Positions 19,515 through 30,952 are shown, numbered from the stretch's first letter. The stretch: 64,000 nucleotides of DNA from an uncultured cyanobacterium (GCA_963833135.1 CAWHWW010000019.1:384699-448698), one strand, 5' to 3'. A program made the numbers and translations. Notes: a model not told the origin generated them from the letters alone.

Positions 19515-19550
19515 CAGGCCTACAGGCCGACAGGCGAACGGGCCAACAGG
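19515..19550. repeat. CAGGCCT/ACAGGCG heptamer array
   Basis: caggcctacaggccgacaggcgaacgggccaacagg. This is the reverse complement of the family at 33464 and 37373. Confidence 0.8.
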
Positions 19551-19559
19551 AAGAATGTC

Positions 19560-20592
19560 TCAATCAGCTCCGTGAAGCTCGCCGATCGACTTCGCGGAAT
19601 TGACGCCAATCCGGAATTGAGCGCCACCCTCGAACCCCTTCGTGTACCACGAGCAAAGCGCGCGAATCTTGTTGATCACCCAACGCTCGCGGCCAACGGC
19701 TTCTCGCTGATTCAGAGGGCTTCGGGCTCGCGGGCTTGCGGGCTTACGGAATGCCTGAAGCCCTCGGCTTCATCGACATTTTCGCTGAGTAGCAGCTGCA
19801 TGTAGTCGAGCAGGAACTGGCCGCGCTCTTCGTGCGTGATCGATCGGGCCGGCTTGCCCTCCATCAGGTCGCGCGCCTGGGCGAGGATCCAGGGATTGCG
19901 GAGGACACCGCGGCCGACGTAGACGCCGCTCACGCCCGAGCTGCATCCGGGCGATGATGTCCTCCGGCTCGATGCAGTCACCGGAGCCGAACACGGGAAT
20001 CGACACCGTCTTCGCGACCTCGGACACAAAATCCCAGTCGGCAAGACCGCTGTAGCTCTGTTTCGCGGTGCGGCCATGGATGGCGATCGCTTGTGCGCCT
20101 GCGTCCTCGACACGCCTCGCCAACTCGCCCGCATTCAGCTCGCCGTCGTCCCAGCCCTTGCGCATCTTGACCGTGACGGGAATCTTCACCGCCTTCGACA
20201 TCGCCGCGATGATCTCGGCCGCGTGCGCGGGCTCGCGCATCAGGCTGCAGCCGGCGTTGTGCTTCGCGATCTTCGGCACCGGGCAACCCATGTTGACGTC
20301 GACGATGTTGGCGCCCATTTGTTCGACGACGCGCGCGGCTTCGGCCATCTTGGCAGGCTCGCCGCCAAAGATCTGGATCGAAACCGGACGCTCTTCCTCG
20401 GTGTACTCGGCGTACTCGAGCGTGCGATCGATGCCGCGAATCAGGCCTTCGCTGCTGACCATTTCGGACACGACCAGACCGCAGCCGCCCTGGCGCTTGA
20501 CCAGGCGGCGAAACGCCGTGTCCGTCATACCCGCCATCGGCGAGATCGACGAATGGCGAGGTGAGCTCGATGGATCCGATTTTCGCGCGCAT
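19560..20592 (-). CDS. dus: tRNA-dihydrouridine synthase, at least three apparent frameshifts and an internal repeat hairpin
   Basis: Pieces: MRAKIGSIELTSPFV (from 20592); ISPMAGMTDTAFRRL to EPEDIIARM (ORF 19770..20657); SGVSGVYVGRGVLRNPWI to LLLSE (ORF 19712..20134); and an untracked C-terminal piece, REAVGRERWVINKIRALCSWYTKGFEGG to ELHGAD, ending at the TGA at 19560. Confidence 0.8.
19716..19768. repeat. CGGGCTT-family hairpin inside the dus coding region
   Basis: gagggcttc pairs with gaagccctc around tandem gggctcg/cgggctt/gcgggct units. The element is 51 nt, translated as EGFRHSVSPQAREPEAL. Confidence 0.8.
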
Positions 20593-20604
20593 CTTTGTTC
20601 TGAA

Positions 20605-20666
20605 GTAGCCAGTATCCGGTAGCCAGAAGAACTCTTGTATTTCCTGGCTACTGGCATCTGGCTACT
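20605..20666. repeat. GTAGCCA-family hairpin
   Basis: gtagccagtatccggtagccag, loop aagaactcttgtatttc, then ctggctactggcatctggctac. Confidence 0.9.
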
Positions 20667-21160
20667 AGTACGGCTTCACATCCGCCGCATCAACTTCAAC
20701 CGACACCGCCTGCCCAATCAAATCGACTGACAGGATCAAGCGCGCATGCGCCCCTTTGCGAATCAACCGTCCGACCACACCCTTGAGCGGCCCGTGCGAG
20801 ACGCGCACCATGTCGCCTTCCTTGATCAGCGGCACCGGATCGAAGGCGAGCTCGCTGTTCGACCAGCGTGCGGATGCTGTCGATCTCCTCTTCCGGGATC
20901 GGCGACAGGATGCCGTTGTTGCTGATGATCTGCACGACGCCGTCGACCTTCAGGATGCCGATGCGCTCGTCGGGCACGAAGCGCGCGAACACGTAGCCGG
21001 GAAACAGCGGCCAGTCGATCTTCTTCTTGCGATCCTTCCAGCGGCTCCACTTGCCGATGGTCGGGAGGAAAACGTCGACGTCGCCCTTCTTCTCTAACTG
21101 GTCGCGAACGATTTTCTCGTGACGCGAGCGCGTCCAGATGGCGTACCAGTTCGGATCCAC
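20666..21160 (-). CDS. NusG-family paralog (UpxY/RfaH-like antiterminator), one apparent frameshift near 20858
   Basis: ORF 20696..21160 gives the NGN domain (WYAIWTRSRHEKIV, LFPGYVFARF). A shifted frame gives the KOW domain, ELAFDPVPLIKEGDMVRVSHGPLKGVVGRL, ending at the TAG at 20666. Confidence 0.75.
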
Positions 21161-21163
21161 TCG

Positions 21164-22277
21164 TTACCGCGAAGGCTTTTCAGCCTCGGCCGCTTCCTGC
21201 TTCAGGCCGACTTCGTAGGCCTTCTTGATCTCGTCGTTCTTCCAGTCGATGATCGCTTCGGCGCGCAGCTTGGCGATGAACTTCCGGTATTCGCCCTGGC
21301 GCTTGCCGTTGGCGATCTTGTCGGCGATCTCGCCGCGCGCTTCCTCGAAGGGCTTGGTCGTCGTGTCCTGGAGAGGTTTTCGATCTTGATGATCTGATAG
21401 CCGCGCGCCGTGCGCAGCACCGGCGTCACGCCGCCGGTCTTGAGGCCGGCAATCGCCTTCTGCAGATCTTCGGACGAGCTCGCTCTTGGCGAGCGGGCCG
21501 ACCAGACCGCCGTTGGCCTTCGATCCGGAATCGGAATAATCGGCGGCCAGCCGCGCGAACGGCTCGCCCGCGAGGATCTTCGCGCGCACTTCCTCGGCTT
21601 TCGCCTTCGCCTCATCGTCCTGCGCCACGTTGACGCCCTGCGCGGTCACCGGCACGTTGATCGTGATTTCGCGCAGCGTGACCTGCGGCACGGTGCCGAA
21701 TTCATCCTTGTGCGCATCGTAGTAGGTCTTGAGCTCGGTGTCGGTGACCTGCAGCTTCTGCATGATCTCCGTCTGCTGGACCTGCTGCACCATCATCGTC
21801 CGCTCGAGCTGCCGGCGCAGGTCGGCCATCGTCATGCCTTCCTGCTTGAGCGCGGCCTGCAGCTGCTCGTCGGACTCGATCTTGTTTTCCTTCTTGATGT
21901 TCTCGACGATGCTGTTGAAGCGCTCGGTGCTCATCGTGTAGCCGAGCTCCTTGCCACGCTGCACCATCAGCATCTCGTCGACGGCGTCGACGATGACGGC
22001 CGGCGTGACCTCGGCGAGGGCCGCTTTCAGCGCCGCATCGCTTTCAGGACGCAGGTTCGGGATTCTTCTGGCGAAGCGCCGCGATCTGGCGCGCTTCGAG
22101 ATCGGTCTTGGTGATGATCTCGCCGTTCACCTTCACCAGGACCTGTTCGATGATGTCCCCTTCGACTCGCGTGCTTCCGATCGCGCCGAAACCACGCTCG
22201 CTCAGGGCCAGTCCGCGCGGCGACGCGATTGCCAGCACGACCATGACCGCCGCAACGACGATGTTTCTTGCCTTCAT
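21164..22277 (-). CDS. SurA-like periplasmic chaperone/parvulin peptidyl-prolyl isomerase, about three apparent frameshifts
   Basis: Signal peptide MKARNIVVAAVMVVLAIA (ORF 22044..22277), SurA N-domain (ORF 21164..21973), parvulin core GGLVGPLAKSEL / LQKAIAGLKTGGVTPVLRTARGYQIIKIE (ORF 21202..21615). Confidence 0.75.
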
Positions 22278-22289
22278 GTGAATCTCTAA

Positions 22290-25200
22290 TTATACGGGCT
22301 ACGGGCTTACGGGCTACGGGCTGCGGTCGAACGGGCTTGCGCAGGCCCGTCGAAGCCGTAACCCGAAGCCCGTCCAGCTCGTTCAGCTCCTCCAGCAGTT
22401 CCGTCACCCTGTTTAGGACTCCGTCCGGGGCGCGCGGGTCTTCTGGCGCCTGCTTCAGAATCTCGGCTTTTGTGAATCCGGGCGTCGACTTCGCCGGTCG
22501 TCGCTCTGGCTGTCCACCACGACGGTTTTCGTTGTATTTTCGCCTTCCGAGCCGTGCTGCGATCGGCTTTCGGGCTTCGGCTGCCGGATCCGGCTCCTGG
22601 CTCTTCAAGTCGAGCTTGAGTGAGTTCGGAGGCACCAACTGCAAGTCGCCTCGCTCTTGCACCAGGGCGATCACCTGGGTCAGATCCACCTTCGTCTTCT
22701 GGCGGAACTTGATCACGATGTGTGAATCGCCGCGATCGATCGTTTCGACGCCGAGCGCATCGGCCAGCACTCGAATGCGCGCGAAGTCGGCGAGATTCAA
22801 GACCGGGGTCGGCGGCGGGCCGTAGCGATCGCGCACCTCGTCGACAAGGCGGCCGATCTCGTCCTCGCTTCTCGCGCCGCCATGCGGCGATAGATCATCA
22901 GTCGCTGATTCATGTCGGGCACGTACGACTCGTCGAGCCTGAAGTCGACCTTCAGGTTCACGGTCGAGCGCACGTCGTCTTCGAGGTCCTCGCCCTTCAG
23001 CTCGCGGATCGTTTCCTCGAGGAGCTTCATGTACATCTCGAAGCCGACGGTATCGATGGTGCCGCTCTGCTCGCCGCCGAGCAGGTTGCCGGCGCCGCGG
23101 ATCTCCAGATCGAGCGCGGCGACGCGGAAGCCGCTCCCCAGATCGCTGAACTCCTTCATCGCCGACAGCCGTTTGCGCGCGACCGGCGAGAGCGCTTCCT
23201 CGGGCGGAATCAGCAGGTAGGCGTAAGCCGGGCGATCGCTGCGGCCGACCCGGCCGCGCAACTGATAGAGCTGCGCCAGGCCGTAACGATCGGCGCGATT
23301 GACGATGATCGTGTTGGCGTTCGGAATGTCGAGGCCGTTTTCGACGATCGTCGTGGCGAGCAGGATGTCGGCCTTGTGGGCCATGAAATCGAGCATGGCG
23401 CGCTCGAGCGCGTCCTCGGCCATCTGGCCGTGGCCGATGACGATGCGCGCGTCGGGGACGAGACGCTGCAGGAGATTGCCCATCGAGTAGATCGACTCGA
23501 CGCGGTTGTGCACGAAGAACACCTGCCCGCCGCGTTCGATCTCGGCCCGGATGGCGCGGACGATCACCGTCGAATCGAACTTGACGACGTTGGTCTGGAT
23601 CGCCAGTCGATCCTTGGGCGGCGTCTCGATCACCGACATGTCGCGAATGCCGACGAGCGACATGTTCAACGTTCGCGGAATCGGCGTCGCCGTCATGGTC
23701 AGGACGTCGACCTTCTTGCGCATCTGCTTGATGCGCTCCTTGTGCGCAACACCGAAGCGTTGCTCTTCGTCGACGACCAGCAGGCCGAGGTCCTTGAAGT
23801 TGACGTCCTTCGAGAGCAGGCGATGGGTGCCGACGATCACGTCGACGCGCCCGGCGGCCAGCGCGTCGAGCGCTTCCTTGATCTCCTGCCTGGTACGGAA
23901 GCGACTGACCATCTCGATTCTTCGCCGGAAACGCCGCGAATCGGTCGCGGAGCGTCTTCAAATGCTGCGCCGCCAGCACCGTCGTCGGCGCCAGAAAGGC
24001 GACCTGCTTGCCTTCCATGACCGCCTTGAAAGCCGCGCGCATCGACACTTCGGTCTTGCCATAGCCGACGTCGCCGCAGAGCAGGCGATCCATCGGCGTC
24101 GACACTTCCATGTCGCGTTTGATGTCGGCGATGGCGGTGGACTGATCGGGAGTGAGATCGAACTCGAACGCGTCCTCGAACTCCTCCTGCCAGTGCGTGT
24201 CGGGACTGAATGCGTGGCCCGGCACCGCCTTGCGCGCCGCGTAGAGCTTGAGTAGCTCTTCCGCCATGTCGCGCATGGCCTTCTTGACCTTGGTCTTTGC
24301 CTTCTCCCAGGTCGTGCCGCCAAGACGATCGAGCGGCGGGTTCGAGCCGCCGGTGTACTTCTGGATCAGATCGAGGCGCTCGACCGGCACGAAGAGCTTG
24401 GCATCGCCGTGATACCGGAGTTCCAGGAACTCCTGCACGATGTCGCCGCCGGCGACAGAAATCTGCTTGAGGCCGGCGAACTGTCCGATGCCGTGATCGA
24501 CATGAACGATGAGATCGTCGACCTTGAGGTCGCGAAGGTCTGAAAGAAACGCCGCGGACGCCGACCGCTTCTTTCCGGCCTGGCCACCGCCTTGGCGAAG
24601 GTGGCTCTTGCGCCTCTCCTCGTCGAAGACATCGGTTTCCGCGTAGACCAGGAGTGCCGGCGCTTGGGGAGCGCCGGCTTGAGCCGCCGATGCCGTGGCT
24701 GCGGTTCGGAGCCGGAATCCCTTCGAAAGCCAGCCTTCGGCGACGATGACAGCGTCACGGATCACGTCGCCGCTGTCCGACGCCATCACCGCGCGAACGT
24801 CGTAATCCTTCAGCAGTTCGACGGTGCGCTCGGCGCGGCCGTGCGAGCCGGCGACAAATACAATGTGATCGCCATTCGCCTGCGCCGACTTGACGTCGGT
24901 GATCCAGTCGGGGATTCGTCCGTGGAAAGTGGCCGTGGGTTGGACTGAAACTGCCAACTCCCCCTGATCCCCGATCCCTGATCCCCGATCCCCGATCGCG
25001 AGTTCCTCGAGAACAACGGCGCTCGCGAGTTCGGCGGCGATCTCATCTTGCGTGTCGAGAATGTCCGCCGGCTGCGGCAGCTCACCACCTTTAGCTCTTC
25101 CCACTGCGTCCGCGTAGGACGTTCCGACCTGTTGCCAGGCAGCCTGGATGTGGTTTTCCACATCGGTCGGCTCGGAGATCCACACCTGCGCATCGCGGGT

Positions 25201-25998
25201 ACGCAGGAATTGAAACAAATTTGAGTGTAGCGATGTCTGTCCCGGAGACAATTCGCGGACCGGAACGATGCCGAAGCGATCGAGTGTCTCGATGGACCGC
25301 TGGGTTCCCGGATCGAAGCGGCGGACCGATTCGACGGTGTCGCCAATGAACTCGATTCTGATCGGCAGCTCTTCGCCGGCAGGGAAGACGTCGAAAATGC
25401 CGCCGCGACGGGTGAACTCACCGTGGGCGTCGACGGGATCTGCCGGCTCGTAGCCGCCGAGCAGCAGGGTGTTTGCGAGCTCGTGAGGATCGATATCAAC
25501 GCCCGGCTTGATTTCGCACGACGACAGGAGGATCGATGACGGCTCCGGCAGCTTCGTGAGGAGCGCGGCAGCCGATGCGACAACCACCCGAGCGTGGCTC
25601 GCCGAAGCTCCCGATGAGCGAAGGCGGCTATTCGTCGCGAGCGCGTGTAGGACACGAGCGCGAGCGGAGGCAACCTTCAAGTGCGGTTGAAACCCCCGAT
25701 ACGGATCGACTTGCGTCGACGGGAACGGCAGAACCTGCCGATCAACGACCGTCGGCGCGGAGCCTTCGAGGACTGAGAGAAAGAAGGAGATGTCGCCGCA
25801 GAGCGCGTCGATTTCGCTGTCGGTCGGGACAACGAGCAGGATCGTGGTGTCCGGCAGTCGCTTCGCCGCTGCCGCCACCGCCATCGCGCGTACAGGAGAG
25901 GTCGCGCCACTGATGCGTTGGAGGGGGGATAGAAGGCCCGTTTCCCGCAGAACGCCAGTCAGCAGCGACCGTAACGCGAGTGACGGTGCTGAGGACAT
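22290..25998 (-). CDS. mfd: transcription-repair coupling factor, two apparent frameshifts (near 23918 and 22878); 3' end unresolved
   Basis: ORF 22027..25998 carries the N-terminal UvrB-homology, CarD-like and DEAD-start parts (GDVGYGKTEV). ORF 22797..23912 carries helicase motifs (VVDEEQRFGV, TATPIPRT, LRGRVGRS). The first frame then resumes for the C-terminal domain. Confidence 0.85.
22294..22373. repeat. ACGGGCT-family hairpin
   Basis: acgggctacgggcttacgggctacgggctgcgg pairs with ccgtcgaagccgtaacccgaagcccgt. Confidence 0.85.
24961..25000. repeat. GATCCCC/GATCCCT heptamer array inside the mfd CDS
   Basis: cccctgatccccgatccctgatccccgatccccgatc, translated in frame as IGDRGSGIGDQG. Related to the intergenic array at 51321. 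Confidence 0.75.
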
Positions 25999-26020
25999 AC
26001 CCGAACGGATGATTATGACT

Positions 26021-26170
26021 CAGTCGGCAATCGAGAGTCGACAGTTAAGAGCTTTCAGTCAACAGTTCTGAGTTCAGTCGGCATTTGACAGGTTCGGCCT
26101 GCTTGACTGCTGACTGGACTGACCACTGTTGATTGAAAGCTCTTAACTGTCGACTCTCGACTGCTGACTG
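26021..26170. repeat. 150-bp palindromic (MITE/REP-like) element, copy 1
   Basis: Arms cagtcggcaatcgagagtcgacagttaagagctttcagtc and gattgaaagctcttaactgtcgactctcgactgctgactg. A near-identical second copy lies at 39061..39212. Confidence 0.9.
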
Positions 26171-26172
26171 GA

Positions 26173-26638
26173 TCAGCATCGGGCTCTGATCCTCTCGATG
26201 AGGCTCGTCGTCGAATATCCGTCCGCAAGAGGCATGCGGACGACTCTTCCTCCGCGAGCCTCAACGACGTCCCGGCCGACGATGTTATCCTCGCCCCAAT
26301 CCGCGCCCTTGACGAGAATGTCGGGCTGCAGCGCGGCGATGATCGCGTGCGGTGTGTCTTCATCGAAGATCACGACCGCCTCGACGGACGCGAGCGCGGC
26401 CAGGACCTCGGCTCGCTCCGCTTCGGTATTGATCGGGCGATCGGGCGCCTTCGCCAGCGCCTTCACCGATCGATCGCTGTTGATGCCGACAATCAGCAGG
26501 TCGCCGAGGGCGCGCGGCGTCGCGAAGATAGCGGACGTGACCCGGATGCAGGATATCGAACACACCGTTGGTGAAGACGATTCGCTCGCCTTTGGCGCGA
26601 GCGCGCTCGACGAATGCAACGGCTTCTGCGCGCGTCAT
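26173..26638 (-). CDS. rfaE: cytidylyltransferase-fold heptose-1-phosphate adenylyltransferase (RfaE domain II-like), one apparent frameshift near 26530
   Basis: ORF 26360..26638 starts [41 protein letters not shown] 26173..26619 continues [23 protein letters not shown] to VKGADW. Confidence 0.8.
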
Positions 26639-26643
26639 CAGAA

Positions 26644-26675
26644 CCTCAAGACCTCAAGGCCTCAAGACCTCTCAA
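26644..26675. repeat. CTCAAGA/CCTCAAG repeat array
   Basis: cctcaagacctcaaggcctcaagacctctcaa, overlapping the stop of the ABC ATPase gene. Same family as 30907. Confidence 0.8.
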
Positions 26676-28023
26676 ACTTGATTCCGCCGCCGAAGGTCCA
26701 CTTGTGATCGGGACGGTAAATGCCAACGTCGCGGATCCGGGACTTCACGCGGAAGGTGTACAGCAGGCGGTGATAGTCGTACGGATAGCCGTCCGTCTTG
26801 TGGGCAGCGAGGTCGAGGCGGTATGTCCCCTCGACGAGATCGAGCCTGTCGATGCTGAACGTGACCACGCCGGCACCGTCGATCTCGGTCGGCTGGAACT
26901 CCTCGAGATTGGTGTTGGTACCGTAGACACAGACGTTGTCGGCGTTGAAGAGACCGAGACCGAACACGAAGTCGGTGATCTTTTCCTTCGACGTCACGTC
27001 CATGCGCACCTGGATCGCTTCGCCGCTCTGGAATACGTGCCCGGCTTCGCCGCCCGGCCCGGCGATTGTGACGTTGGTGATCTCCACCTCGCGCGTGCCC
27101 CAGCGGCCTTCGTCGGACTTGAATCCGTCTTTAGGGCCGGACTCTTCCGAGGACACGGAGCCTTCACCGCTGTCCTCCGTGTTCCCGATATGAGGCGGCT
27201 CCTTTTCGCCGACTACGTCCTTGGCGGATGCTGCGACTCGAGCCGCTTCGGCTTTGGCGAGTTCATTCTCCTCCGTGTCCTCTACATCAATGACGTACGC
27301 CGCGACGACCCTCTTTGGATCTCCTTCACCCTTCGTAACTCCGTGATCCAGCCAGTGGGCCGTGTCGCAGAACTTCTCGACGAGGTCGAGCGAATGCGTG
27401 ACGAGCAGGATCGACTTGTTGCGCCGTCTGAACTCGGCGAACTTATCCAGGCACTTGTGCGTGAAGCCCTGGTCGCCGACCGCCAGGACTTCATCGACGA
27501 GCAGCACTTCGGGATCGACGTGGACCGCTACGGCGAACCCGAGGCGCATGTACATGCCGGACGAGTAGGTCTTGACGGGCGCGTCGATGAAATCCTGCAT
27601 CTCCGCGAACTCGACGATCTCGTCGAAGCGGCGCAGGATCTCTTTCTTGGTGAGACCCAGCATGATGCCGTTGATGAAGATATTCTCGCGGCCGGAGATC
27701 TCCGGATGGAAGCCGGCGCCAAGCTCGATCAGCGCCGAGATGCGTCCGTCAACGGTGACCGTGCCTTCCGTCGGCCGCGTGATGCCGGCGACGCACTTGA
27801 GGAGCGTGCTCTTGCCGGAGCCGTTGCGGCCGATCACGCCGTAGGTGCAACCCTTCGGCACGGAGAACGACACGCCTTTCAGCGCCTGGAATGTTTCTTC
27901 AGGTTTCAGGTCGCCGAGCAGGCTCCCGTCGAGGATCGCCGACTTCAGAGTGGCGAATTGCTTTTTCCGCGCATAACGCCGGTAGACCTTCGAAACATTC
28001 AGGACTTCGATTGCGGGCTTCAT
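26662..28023 (-). CDS. polysaccharide/O-antigen ABC exporter ATP-binding protein (Wzt/TagH-like, with C-terminal extension)
   Basis: ORF 26662..28065; the ATG at 28023 gives MKPAIEVLNVSKVY. Walker A GRNGSGKSTLL, signature YSSGM, Walker B LLVDEVLAVGD. A beta-rich C-terminal domain of about 200 aa follows. Confidence 0.85.
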   Translation of the reverse strand: MKPAIEVLNVSKVYRRYARKKQFATLKSAILDGSLLGDLKPEETFQALKGVSFSVPKGCTYGVIGRNGSGKSTLLKCVAGITRPTEGTVTVDGRISALIELGAGFHPEISGRENIFINGIMLGLTKKEILRRFDEIVEFAEMQDFIDAPVKTYSSGMYMRLGFAVAVHVDPEVLLVDEVLAVGDQGFTHKCLDKFAEFRRRNKSILLVTHSLDLVEKFCDTAHWLDHGVTKGEGDPKRVVAAYVIDVEDTEENELAKAEAARVAASAKDVVGEKEPPHIGNTEDSGEGSVSSEESGPKDGFKSDEGRWGTREVEITNVTIAGPGGEAGHVFQSGEAIQVRMDVTSKEKITDFVFGLGLFNADNVCVYGTNTNLEEFQPTEIDGAGVVTFSIDRLDLVEGTYRLDLAAHKTDGYPYDYHRLLYTFRVKSRIRDVGIYRPDHKWTFGGGIKFERS

Positions 28024-28024
28024 G

Positions 28025-28140
28025 CTGTCACGTACGGGCCACGGAGGCACGGGGGCACGGAACAATCAATGGAAATACAAGACCACTTTGAGATCGAAAA
28101 AGGATCTCCGTGCCTCCGCGCCTCCGTGGCCTGTCCGTCA
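28025..28140. repeat. CCGTGCCTCCGTGG palindromic intercistronic element, copy 1
   Basis: ctgtcacgtacgggccacggaggcacg (27 nt, identical to 36353..36379) pairs with ctccgtgcctccgcgcctccgtggcctgtccgt. It exactly fills the wzm-stop to wzt-start gap. Confidence 0.9.
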
Positions 28141-28938
28141 CACTTCTTCTGCAAAGCTGTCTCGTAATCGATCGAATACGAAGTAACCCGCCAGGAAGAC
28201 CAGGATAGATCCGGCACCCAGCGTCACCAACCATTTCCAGTGACCGTGCGGGCCCGGGAAGAACAGCACTTCCTGATACGAGATCATGATGTGCGTCATC
28301 GGGTTGAGGTTCAACCACTGGCGCATGTTCACGGGCGCCTGTGTCATTGGATAGATGATGGGCGTTGCGAAGAACCACAACTGGACGACGTTGCCGAGGA
28401 GATCTTTCAGATCGCGAAAGTGGACGGTCAGCGCCGACAGGAAGAGCGCGAGCCCGATCGTGAAGATCAACTGCACCAGGACGATGACGGGAAACCAGAG
28501 CAGCTCGAGCGGATCGACCGGGCGCCGATAGTAGATCAGGAAGCCCACCAGCACGGGCAAGCCGAAGAAAAAATGCACCATGTTCGCCAGCACCGTGACG
28601 ATTGGCAGCACTTCGGCCGGGAACAACACCTTCTTGATCAGGTTGCCGCCGGCGATCAGCGTGTTGGACGACTCGAGGACCGAGGACGAAAACCACGTCC
28701 ACGGCAGGATGCCGCAGAACATGAAAAGCGCATACGGCTCCATGCCGGGATCGTGGGCGCCCACCAGGACCTGGGTGAACACGAACGAATAAATCAGGAG
28801 CAGCAGGAGCGGGTTGAAGAAGGACCAGAAGAAACCGAGGACCGAACCGCGATAGCGGGCTTTCAGATCACGGACCACGAGCGTCTGGATCAGCCCGCGG
28901 TATCGAAACAGCGCTGCGAGATTTCTAAACGTGACCAC
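28138..28938 (-). CDS. ABC-2 type polysaccharide exporter permease (Wzm-like)
   Basis: 266 aa, six hydrophobic segments, ABC-2 permease pattern, directly upstream of the ATPase gene. GTG start. Confidence 0.85.
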   Translation of the reverse strand: MVTFRNLAALFRYRGLIQTLVVRDLKARYRGSVLGFFWSFFNPLLLLLIYSFVFTQVLVGAHDPGMEPYALFMFCGILPWTWFSSSVLESSNTLIAGGNLIKKVLFPAEVLPIVTVLANMVHFFFGLPVLVGFLIYYRRPVDPLELLWFPVIVLVQLIFTIGLALFLSALTVHFRDLKDLLGNVVQLWFFATPIIYPMTQAPVNMRQWLNLNPMTHIMISYQEVLFFPGPHGHWKWLVTLGAGSILVFLAGYFVFDRLRDSFAEEV

Positions 28939-29347
28939 CGCCTCTGCGGCTTTCGGCCTGCATCTGCTGGAGCGTTCGCAGCATGGCGAGCCGCGCCCGT
29001 TCGAAATCGATCTCGTGCGGGGCGACGCTCATGACTTCCTCGGCTCTCTTCATGCCCGCCTCGGCGCGCGCCTGATCCAGATCCTCGGCGCGCTCGGCCA
29101 CCTGGGCGAGTACCGTCACCGCGTCCGGCAGCACTTCGACGAAACCCACCGACACCATCAGGTAATGCTTCTGGCCGCCCTGCTGGTACCACATCGCGCC
29201 GGTCCGCAGCGACGTGAAGAACGGCGTGTGCCCGGGCCGCACGCCGAAATCCCCTTCGCTTCCCGGCAGCGAAACGTAGTCCACTTCCTGCGAGATGGTC
29301 TGGTCCGGCGACGAAATGCGAAGCGTGAGCTTGTTTGGTAAGGCCAT
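28925..29347 (-). CDS. atpC: ATP synthase F1 subunit epsilon
   Basis: ORF 28925..29404. The ATG at 29347 gives MALPNKLTLRISSPDQ to LPGSEGDFGVRPGHTPF. Confidence 0.9.
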   Translation of the reverse strand: MALPNKLTLRISSPDQTISQEVDYVSLPGSEGDFGVRPGHTPFFTSLRTGAMWYQQGGQKHYLMVSVGFVEVLPDAVTVLAQVAERAEDLDQARAEAGMKRAEEVMSVAPHEIDFERARLAMLRTLQQMQAESRRGGGHV

Positions 29348-29351
29348 GTAT

Positions 29352-29413
29352 AGGGCTCTCGGGCTTACGGGCTTACGGGCTACGGCGGGACTGCAAGCCC
29401 GCACGACCGCAGG
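29352..29413. repeat. CGGGCTTA-family hairpin
   Basis: agggctctcgggcttacgggcttacgggctacgg pairs imperfectly with ctgcaagcccgcacgaccgcagg. Confidence 0.8.
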
Positions 29414-29416
29414 ACC

Positions 29417-30950
<1,534 letters not shown>

Positions 30951-30952
<2 letters not shown>

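Noticed and set aside
22027-22290. The 3' end of the 1323-aa mfd ORF extends across the repeat hairpin and into the SurA-like gene.
   Set aside because: The tail is translated from the hairpin and from the out-of-frame start of the next gene (RIIRDSHEGKKHRR and onward). The real mfd stop is probably lost or out of frame because of an indel.
26055-26363. A 102-aa ORF running through the 150-bp palindromic element.
   Set aside because: It is composed of the element sequence plus the out-of-frame rfaE 3' end, and shows no coding signature.
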